A stretch of 64,000 nt of DNA from the human T2T-CHM13v2.0 reference genome, Homo sapiens, in the NCBI RefSeq assembly GCF_009914755.1, contig NC_060937.1. One strand, written 5' to 3'. The position numbers and the translations under genes are program-made. This document shows positions 52,795-64,000 of the stretch, one piece after another. The notes below the pieces were generated by a model. The model was not told the origin of the DNA. It ran no database searches and saw only the letters and a list, made by a program, of their open reading frames with translations. Within the stretch, counting starts at the first letter, position 1. Each line of letters opens with the position of its first letter.

Positions 52795-54520
52795 AATTTT
52801 TTATGGCATCTTTGTCGAGATAGAGTTCACAAACTATAGAATGTATTCACTTTAAGTGTACAATTCAGTGCTTTCTTAGTTTATTCACAATGTTGCACAA
52901 ACACTACCACAATAAATTTTAGAACATTTTCATCACCCCATAAAGAAACAACTTGCCCATTAACAGTATCTCTCCACCTCATTCCCAGTACTAGGCAACC
53001 ACTAATCTACTTTCTGTCTTAATAGATCTGCCTATTCTGGATATTTCTATAAATGGAATCATAATAAGCATTCTTTATGACTTTTTAAATTTAACATAAT
53101 AATTTTCAAATTTCATCCATGCTGTAACTTGTTCATCCATGCCGTACATTCTCATTTTTATGGTGGAATAACTTATTGTATGGTTATAACACATTTTGTT
53201 TATCCACTTTTCTTTCAATGGATATCATTTAATGGTCACCTCTGTTTTTGTTTGTTATAAAAACGCTCCTATGAATATTTATGTACATATTTTTGTGTAG
53301 ACATGTTTTTACTTCTCTTGATAATATAGCTAGTAGAATTTTTGGGTCATGTGATAAGGTTATGTTTAACCTTTTGAGAGGTTTAACCTTTTGAGAGGTT
53401 AAAGCAGTGTACTCTGTACACTGCTGTACAGAGTAGCTTCATCACTTTATATTACCTCCAGAAAGAAATGTATAGTGTTCCAATTTATTCACATCCTCAC
53501 CAATACTTATCAATACTTATTTTCTATCCTTTTGATTATAACCATCCTAGTTTGTGTAAAGTGGTTTCTCAATGTGGCTCTGATTTCCATTTCCCTGATG
53601 GCCAGTGATGTTAATTGTTCATGTGCTTACTGGCAATTTGTATCTCTTCATTAGAGAAATGTCTACTTAGTGTATTTGCCCTTTTTAAAAACTGGGTTAT
53701 TTATCTTTTTGTTATGGAGTTATAAGAGTCCTTATGTATTCTAGACACAAGTCCATTATTAGACATATAATTTCCAAATACTTTCTCCCTTTCTCTGGGT
53801 TAACTTACACAAGTCCGTTATTAGACATATAATTTCCAAATATTTTCTCCCTTTGTCTGGGTTAACTTTTCATTATCTTGGTGGGGTTACTTTGAAACAC
53901 AAAAGTTTTTAATTTTGATGTTCAATTTATCTTTTTTTATTGTTTGTGCTTTTGGTGTCATATTTAAACAATCATTGCCTAATCCAAGGTCATCAAGATT
54001 TATGCCTATATTTTCTTCTACAGCTTTTTTTAGTTCTTATATTTAGGTCTTTGAACTATTTTGACTAAATTTTTATATATGGTGTGAGGTAGGGCTCCAG
54101 TTTAATTTCTTTGCATGTTTTGTCCCAGAACCATTTGCTGACAAGATTATTTTTTTTTTCATGGAATTATCTTAGCACCTTGTTGAAAAAGTAATTGACT
54201 ATAAATGTGAAGTTTTATTTGTAGACTCTCATTAGTACCACACTGTCTTGATTACTGTAGCTTTGTAGTAAGTTTTCAAATTGTGATGTGTGAGTCTTTC
54301 AACTTTTTTTTTTTTTCAAGATTCTACTGGCTTATTTGATTTCCCTTGAATTTCTGTATGACTTTTAGTTTAGTTTGTCAATTTCTGTAAAGAAGCAAGC
54401 TGACTTTTTAATAGGATTTTTACTGAATCTGTCAATAAATAGGAGAGTTTTGCCATCTTAAAAATGAACAAGGGTTGTTTTTACATTTATTTAGGTCTTT
54501 AATTTTATTCAACAATGTTT
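52795..54520 (-). mobile_element. L1MB3/4-like LINE-1 3' portion
   Basis: tttaagtgtacaattcagtg..ttttagaacattttcatcacccc..ggcaaccactaatctactttctgtc..gcctattctgga. Confidence 0.9.
53745..53868. repeat. 62-bp tandem duplication within L1MB
   Basis: Units 53745-53806 and 53807-53868 differ at 3 positions. Confidence 0.95.
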
Positions 54521-55636
54521 CTAATAAAACAACATTACTTATTGATGCAAAATCATTCAGTGAATACCCGCACAATTCTTATAACTTATTCCTATTTATT
54601 GTTATTAAACCATCCATAGTGTTGCATGCATGGTCATTTGGTTCCAATATATACAACACACCACTACACACCTTCTTTGCGTATATTATTATTTTCTAAG
54701 AAATATAAATTTGTCCTTGAAATTAGTCATAAAATATCCTGCCATTGAATTTTAAATCATTGTTTAAAAAGACGTATCCAATCAAGTGAAAACAACAATA
54801 TATCAGATTCATTATATATAAACATCTCAGAAAATTATTATAGTTATAATCTCTATCTTACCTTAATTATAATTTAAGGGAATTATATTGTACATGAGGT
54901 CCATTATATTTCAATGATATTCTAGGCTGGATTTCCACCTGCAAATGATTTGCTTTTATACATATTAAAGTATATTTAAATATGCATTTTACATTATCAC
55001 CATTTTAGCTATATTATATTTAATAGATCACCTAAGATAAGCATTTTCATATTAATGTCCCTGATATTTCTTTATATATATAAGAAACACATCTTTTACT
55101 TTTTCAGTTTTTTGTCCATATAATTAAAGAATAAATTTTCAAATTTGTTTAAACAAAAACTGTATAAATTCCTTCTAGCTTTTTTATATGAAAAACTTCA
55201 CAAAAAATGAAAGGGCACCTCCTTGATACAGTGCTTCAGTGACACAGCAAAACTCCATGGTTATAAAGACGTTATCAATACTATTCTAATACTGATGTTG
55301 TAGATTATATCTATTTGATATTATATTTCATTTATTCCTGAAATAATATTTAAAGTATAGCTATACAGACTGACTAAAAATATGAACCGTTTTTTCTCTG
55401 TTTTGGGAAACAAAGGAACTTCAGCTCACCAACTGGTGCTTTTTTTTTTGTGGAAAAAATATTCCAATAATATATTAAGCAATTCTTAGCATCTAATTGT
55501 CTATAGTTTTATGTATATTGACTATGAAGCCTCTAGCTAGCCTTTAAGTGTAATACTACTTGGCAATAAAATGTATCTCTACTCATCACAGTTAAAGAAT
55601 CTGTTAAAAGAATGTTGCATTGCTAAATAATTATAA

Positions 55637-55969
<333 letters not shown>

Positions 55970-57099
55970 TAAAAACTTTCAAAAAGTGAACTAGAGACAG
56001 AAAGAGAAAGTTAAAAAGTGTGGAAGAAAAAAATGGAGGAGACTTGGAAGACATCTCTGTATTAAACACTAATCAGTCATGGTTATTAGGTGGAATACCT
56101 ATAGCTAGAGGGAGAAACTATTCTCTTATTTATATGAAATACATTCTTAATGCATAAAACTCAGTTACTACATTTTTGCCCAGAACCAAGTTTATTAGAT
56201 TATTCTTTAGAGAAATACTCCCTGTCAGTTAAGCAAGTCCCCAATTAACAAATATCTAGTATAAGACCCATCTTTAAAAATTCTTTCTCCAAATTTGATT
56301 CCATTGCAGAATTATTGGTGCAGAATCAAATAAAAGAAGATGAACATCAGTCTTTGGGGGCAAGAAGTATGTGCACACTAAAAAATAAGTAGTTGAAGAC
56401 ATAGGCTTTTTATGTAAAAGATAATGGAAAGAAGTTAATGGGAGAGAAGGGCAAAAGAAATGGAAGAGACTGGAACTCTTCAGGGGGATGGAGGTTTCAG
56501 CAAAGTTGAGATGTAATATTATTTGCATGATAAGCCTAGAAGGATAAAATTTTATGAGCAAATGCTGGACAATTAGAGTCTGAGATTTCAGAGTTTTAGC
56601 AGTTCACAGTAATGTTAGTTCAAGAAATAGAAGGGAATAGTTTTTTGAAATGCATCACGGGTAAAGAATTGGAATACTCCAGCTCCTTTTTTGGAACATA
56701 GATTGAAAATCATTACCTTAGATGGTTTTATTTCTGTGGGATTGGCTATGACTACAGCAATTTTAGTGAGAGCCTTGAAATGTCATTTTATATTCTGAAA
56801 ATAGAGAATAACTTACAAGTGAGTTTTGATATTGTCACCTTTCAGTGGAAAATACATATGTCTTTGAGGTAGCTATTCTCTATTTTCATCTAAAAGTAGA
56901 GAGGTTTTAAAAATCGACTTGAAAATATTCTTAGGCAAGTACTCTATTTGAGTTTTAGTATACAATTTCTATGGCTCATATACTAGCTCCTTAAAAGAAA
57001 TTTCCTTTTGGCAACTAATACTTTGTGAATTCAAATGCTGTAACTGCAGAAGCTATTGTAGCCAAAGAAAAGAAGTAGAAGAATTAGAAATTAATTAAG

Positions 57100-57436
<337 letters not shown>

Positions 57437-58539
57437 CTATTACCAGTGATACTAAATTTAGTTTCCCTTAAGACAGCATCTAATTGAATTTAAATGACCA
57501 TAGTATCAGTGTCAACAACCCTACTTGTAGACCATTTTGACATGCATTTATCTATGAATGTGCCTGTTTAGAATTTGTTTTCGTGTTTTGTTCTGATCCT
57601 ATTTTTTAAGAGTTCTTTCTTACTACCTATAGAAAAATCTTCTTCATTTTTTAATCTCTTCAGGTTTGAAATAAACTTCAAGGTTCATTTTTTATATACC
57701 AAAAGCTATCCAGCTACTATGTAACCACAAAATTAAAAAAATTAAAAAATATATAAAATAAAGAAAGAGTCATGACAAACCTAAACTAGTCCCATTTAAA
57801 CTATTGTTTATCTCTTTTCAGTCATGTCAGATATCATTCAGAAAATTCATTAGTACTTCATGCGTAGGAGACAAAGCCATGCATCATATACAAAAATTAT
57901 AACCTATTAGTCTTTATGTTACACAGAATAGCCCCAATACTAGGCATTTTATTAAAGAGTTACGGTCTTTATATGATGACCTGTTACTTCAATGTCCTTA
58001 TAGCCAACAATCTGTAAGAAAGAAATATTAAAGCTATAGGATTTTATGTGTCTAATTTCTTACTATTATACATTCTATTCAATAATATTCCCAAGTAATT
58101 TAATTATTTAACTTAAAAATCCAGTACATTCTGCACTTCAGTCTTGTTTTCAGTCCAAAGTCTTGACTGATAGTTTTCTCTCACATTGTTTGTAGTTACA
58201 TTAAAACTTAAATTTTCCTTTAGCTCTAATTTTAAGCCTTAGTTTGGAAATGATCCTCGCTACAAGCCTGTATTTGTTTGAGACTTAATTTGACTTGTTA
58301 TTACAAATAATTCATTTTAATTTCTGTTGCAACTCAAAACATTTCTCACAGACTTTTCACAACTACATATTTTGTGCCAATGTTGCATTTTGAACCCTTT
58401 CCCTTCTGTTTGGATCACTTTATGGCTTAATATTTGTCAGATGATCCACTTCCCTAAAACTCACTTGTATATTCAAGAGAAATCTCCCCACTGCAGTATA
58501 AGTAATTTGTAGAAAATTTTCTGTTTTCAAGAAGTAGAT

Positions 58540-59220
58540 TAAAGAGAAGTCAGAGTAGAAATAACAGGACCAATTGGGAGCCTATTGCAATAGTCTAGGA
58601 CAGAGGCGTGAGCATGGCTTGGGCTAGGTTATTGTCAATAGAAACTGAAAAATAACTAGATATGAGACTCATCTTAAAGGTTGATATTATAGGATTGATG
58701 GAATGGTGAAAGAAAGAGGAATCAAAAGTTACTCCACAGTTTTAGTTTGATTACTTTTGTGAATGATATTGTCATTTATTGAAGTGTAGAAATGATAGGT
58801 GTGATAGGAAATTAAGATATATTTTATAGAAATATTTTCATTGAATTGAAGTTCTAATGGAGTAAAAAGTAAAATTCAAGAGCCTGGAATTAATAGACGA
58901 TGTCTGTGTTAAAGATATAAATTGGGTTGTCTATAGATACTTTTTAAAACCTGAGAGTAGATCTGTGCATGTAAGGAAAGAGTACAGCTAAAGAAGAGAT
59001 GGCAGCCAGAACCTACCCTTTTTGGTACCTAAAATTTGGGGTATGCCATTGGGAGGATTCGAGCAAAGGAAGCTGAGAAAATGATGAGAGAAAGAAGAAA
59101 GATCATGGGTAACAGAGTCAGAAAGTGAAAAACAAACTATTTCAAAAGGCAAAGTTAACTGTGTAGAATGAGGCATAGAGATCAGGAAAGATTAGGATAG
59201 AAGAGTACACTCTGGACAGG
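58540..59220 (-). mobile_element. L2 fragment
   Basis: gaccaattgggagcctattgcaatagtctagg..tggcttgggctagg..agaggaatcaaaagttactcc..gtcatttattga. Confidence 0.75.
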
Positions 59221-59906
59221 GAAGTGTGTCATGCAGATGAACATTCTTGGTACTCTTAACTTTCATAAGAACTGAAGCTTAAAGTTTATGGTTGCGTGTT
59301 TGAACTTCAGGCCTTAGTATAGGTTTAAACTTGTCACAGATTACTTAAAGGTTGTTAAAAGAAACAATTTGTGTAGATGTTCATCCTGGTATGCACATTT
59401 TATTTTTAATGTCCCGGCATTGATTTTATGTTTAATTCTGATTTCCAGAAGAGTAAACTTTGCTAAATTGTTATATGATATTACGACATTTGATCTGCAT
59501 TAGAAAATATTAGAGAGAGTGTAACGAAACCTCATATGTATTACCTAAGTTTCAGCAAACATAGGCCAGTTTTTAAATATTTAAATAGCATGGACTAGAG
59601 TCAATATTCTACATTGTATTAGAACCCACTGTGTTCCCTAACATTCCAGTAAATTTCCAGAGATTTATAACGTTATGGTCCAATCTAGTTCCAAGATACA
59701 CTTCCTATTGGCTTGCATTTCACTTTCTTGAGTGATGTTCTTACTCAGAGAACTCTGAAACATAGGTGTTTGTTTTTTTAATTTTTGTACTCCCAAACCA
59801 CTCACACAATGCATTTATACATGTAACATTTTCCTCTAAAGCTGGGATAATTTTTAATCATTGTATACCATTGTAAAAAACAAAAGAGTTAAAATTGCAT
59901 ATTGTT

Positions 59907-60695
<789 letters not shown>

Positions 60696-63529
60696 TGTCT
60701 GAACCTTAGTTTCTTTATACAGAAAGTGGACATAATACCTACTTATTTAAAAGGAATATTTTTAGGGTCAAGTGATATAAATAATGATTTCATATGTGTT
60801 TTTATAGCTGTAGAGTTTGACATAGATACACAGATTTAGTGTCTTAATATTATGTAACAGAAAATATATTTTACTATTTATTTTCTCTTAAAATAATGTT
60901 GGCACTACATATTAAATCTATAAATCTAATGGATCCCAGACTCACTGAAGTTGCTTCAGTTATATGTAGTCAAAATTGTTTCTTAAAATTTATTTTAACA
61001 TCTTTTTGTGGAATATACTTTTTGCTTAGGTTCTAATTTTTTTGGTAATTGTCTTAACTGGGCATTCTCTTTTGAATATTCTTATGAATAGGGTGGGCCC
61101 TATATTATTCATTTTCTTGTTTAGTATAAAGGGGTGAAAAGTAGATCCCATTTACTGTAAAAATACAGTAATTCATCATTAAAAAAATCATCGTATCACC
61201 CATGATCACCTCATTGATTCTGAGATCTTAAGATGAGTGTAAGAGACAAGAATTGGAAATAATTTCTTTTCTTTTTGAGCTGAATATTTTGTACTACACA
61301 TCACTCTACCTATTCCAAAGTAGCAACATAGGAAAGTCAAATTTAAACGGCATCCTTCATTTTAAGCTAGAGACCTTTGTGTTTGATCTTTATATCCATT
61401 GGTGTGTTGGTTAGAGAGCTCTGAAATATCTTGTTCTTTATTTCTATAATAATAAGGATATATTCAGTGAATAAATAATAAGGATATATTCATTGAATTT
61501 ATTCATTATGATAATATGTCTACTTATACCAGTGAGAAATTGTCAAAATATTTGATGGTAGGAGGGAGAATCTTAGCTGTTTGTCCTTGTCTGTTCTTGG
61601 CTTGGAATTCAGTTGTAAAGACAGATCTCTCTGTCATTTGCCAATAAGCCACACCCCATCTTTACAAACCATCCTGTCAGTAGATATTATTGCCATACAG
61701 AAGACTTGGAAAGAGGTGGAAAAACTCATCATCATTTCCTACTATTTCTGAAAAACAACTAATACTTAGCTGAGGTTGCAGGGGTCAGCCCTTCATATGT
61801 AAAAGCAATCTACTAAAATATAAAGTCCAGAGAAACCTCAAACAGTATAGAGTTCCATTTTCAAATCCGGTCACGGGCTATGAAAGCATGCTTTTCTTTT
61901 AAATATATCAAATGTTCTGTTAGAGTTTATCACAGTTAGACACAGTGTAATGTTTTTCAACTTTTTAATGGTAATTTTCAACACTAATTTTTAAATTAGT
62001 TAATTATAAGAGATTGAGTACACTAACTTGAATCTTTTAATTAACTATGTAGACAAAAATCCCCAAATGTCTGTGATAAAATCCATACTCAGGTATTCTT
62101 GTGTAGTAGAAATATTTCTCTTTCAATTTTTTGCCGTGCTATGTCATGCTTCTCCCACAAGGACAATGGTTGCCCTGTGTGGGATTATTAAAGACCAGCA
62201 GTGTTCACAGACTTGTGCAGGACATTGTGTAAAACTAAACAATTATATCATCTAGGTTATTTTGTCATCTGTGCTATAATATGGCTTTGCCCTAAAATCT
62301 AATAATTCTGAAGAAAAGAAAATAAAGATGACTGCAGAGTTATGAATAATGTTAAATACCTTTCAGCTTACAAAACACTTGCATGTATATATGTATGTGT
62401 ATAAGTGACATCTATCTGAAATGGTATTTGTTCCTTATGAGACCTCCATGAAGAAGGTATTAATTGAGACAGGTATTGTTAAGAAATTAAGATGTGGATT
62501 AGTTAACTGTCTTATCTAAGACTGAGCAATCACTTAATAGCTGAACTGTAATTCAAACATGTCACCATATTCTATATTTGGTGACACTAGTATATAATTC
62601 TTTAATGCTGTTTAGGTTGCTGTTAAGATTGTCTTGTTTACAAATCAAGCAAGTATAAATTATGACTATAGTTCAACAGTAAATAGAAATTCTTTATTAG
62701 AATTTGGTATAATATAGTCTATGGAACATACACTGCCCCTTATGTTTGTTGCAATGTACATAATACATAGGAGGTGATCAAAAGGACTTAAGATGGAGTC
62801 AAATAATCTAATGAGTGATTTGTGTGTGTCTGTGAAATATACTGTTGCTCCTAAGCAGAAAATGTCATTTTGGTTTCATCCTATGTTTAACTACCATATA
62901 ATAGAATACTAGCTTTTCTTAATGAAAACCTCTTAACACCCACTTGAACATTTCCTGTCTATAAACAGCCTGGTTTCTCACCAAATAATAACAATATGGA
63001 AGCAGCATTGATCCATATTATGTGACTTATTTTAACCTGAGTTAGGGATATTGCAGTATCCTTTGATAGGTTCTATGAAATTATAGATATATAAGACTAC
63101 TCTTAACACATTTATAATCCAAACAAACAGCCAGCACACATAAACATGATAAATAACACTATGAGAAAAAAAATGAGTTATCAGGACGTTGAAGATGTAG
63201 ATAATGGCAAGTTAGCAGGGTAAGTCATATTTCAATGTGCAACCTCTGCAAGTCCACAGGGTGTGATATGGACATGAGGGAGATCTGTAGATGAATACTG
63301 TACAATACTTTGACGGGTTGACAAAATGTAAAATAGAGGTATGGCCATAGGAAAAAAAAAAAAACAGATTTTTAGCCCCATAGGCTGAGGGATTAAGGAG
63401 GGCTGGCTACAGGCATTTTGGAATGGAAGATGGTGTACCAACAAATCAAGCTTAGGTTCCTGGCAATTTGCCCACATATAATGTGTGAAAGTTCAGATGT
63501 GAAATAAATCTGCAGCTCATAGTAAGAAC

Positions 63530-63745
63530 CTAGCCACAGGAGTTAAAACTTATGGTTCTGGGACCAGATGGACTGCCTTCTAATCTTAGTCTTACTAAAT
63601 TTCAACAGCATAACCTTCAGCAAGTTACTTAGCCTCCAGCGTCTCAGTTTTCTCATCTGTAAAATGGTGATAATGCTACTCTTACATTGGGTTGTAGTAG
63701 GATAAAAAGAGAAAATGTATGTAAAGGCTTTAGTAGAAACTCTTA
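63530..63745 (+). mobile_element. MIR
   Basis: caagttacttagcctc..tctcagttttctcatctgtaaaatggtgataat core. Confidence 0.85.
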
Positions 63746-63753
63746 TAAAAATT

Positions 63754-63855
63754 AAACAACTATTATTTCTCCATTCTTCAAACAATTATTATTTCTCCAT
63801 TCACCAAACCATAATTATTTATCAATTCACCAAACAATTATTATTTCTCAGTTCT
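63754..63855. repeat. Degenerate ~26-bp minisatellite, ~4 copies
   Basis: aaacaattattatttctccattc(acc) unit repeated. Confidence 0.8.
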
Positions 63856-64000
63856 AGGATTCTAACCTGCAAAAGGCATAAGGCCGTTGCTGAGTACAGG
63901 GTGAGGAGATGGGGATTCGATCAGGAAAACTCTTGTTTCACTGTTGCTGTTGGCGTTTTTGTTTGCTCGTTTGTGTGTTTTTTATTCATTATTTTCACTT

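Noticed and set aside
63754-63855. CRISPR-like repeat array
   Set aside because: Adjacent degenerate tandem units without unique spacers, in human DNA

Overview
AT-rich human (primate) non-coding DNA made largely of interspersed repeats. I can support no host protein-coding exon, RNA gene or CRISPR-like array, and I cannot name the locus. Nearly all listed ORFs are Alu/L1/LTR read-throughs or chance ORFs. The window holds 14 near-full-length Alus plus one Alu stub; L1s from a young L1HS-Ta insertion (which indicates human origin) to old L1MB/L1MC/L1ME/HAL1; about 13 LTRs or LTR fragments; a truncated ERV-L-class provirus retaining RNaseH-integrase-dUTPase traces; Tigger/MER5/Kanga DNA-transposon fossils; and many L2/MIR relics. 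Best second-look items are the L1HS-Ta insertion with TSD, two fold-back/template-switch scars, a CTCF core plus upstream motif, a CpG-retaining non-repeat segment with GATA/E-box/ETS/RUNX motifs, a duplicated CArG box and an MLT2A1 LTR with DUX4-type motifs. I found no convincing novel biological system. Repeat subfamily names come from remembered consensus features and need RepeatMasker/Dfam confirmation.
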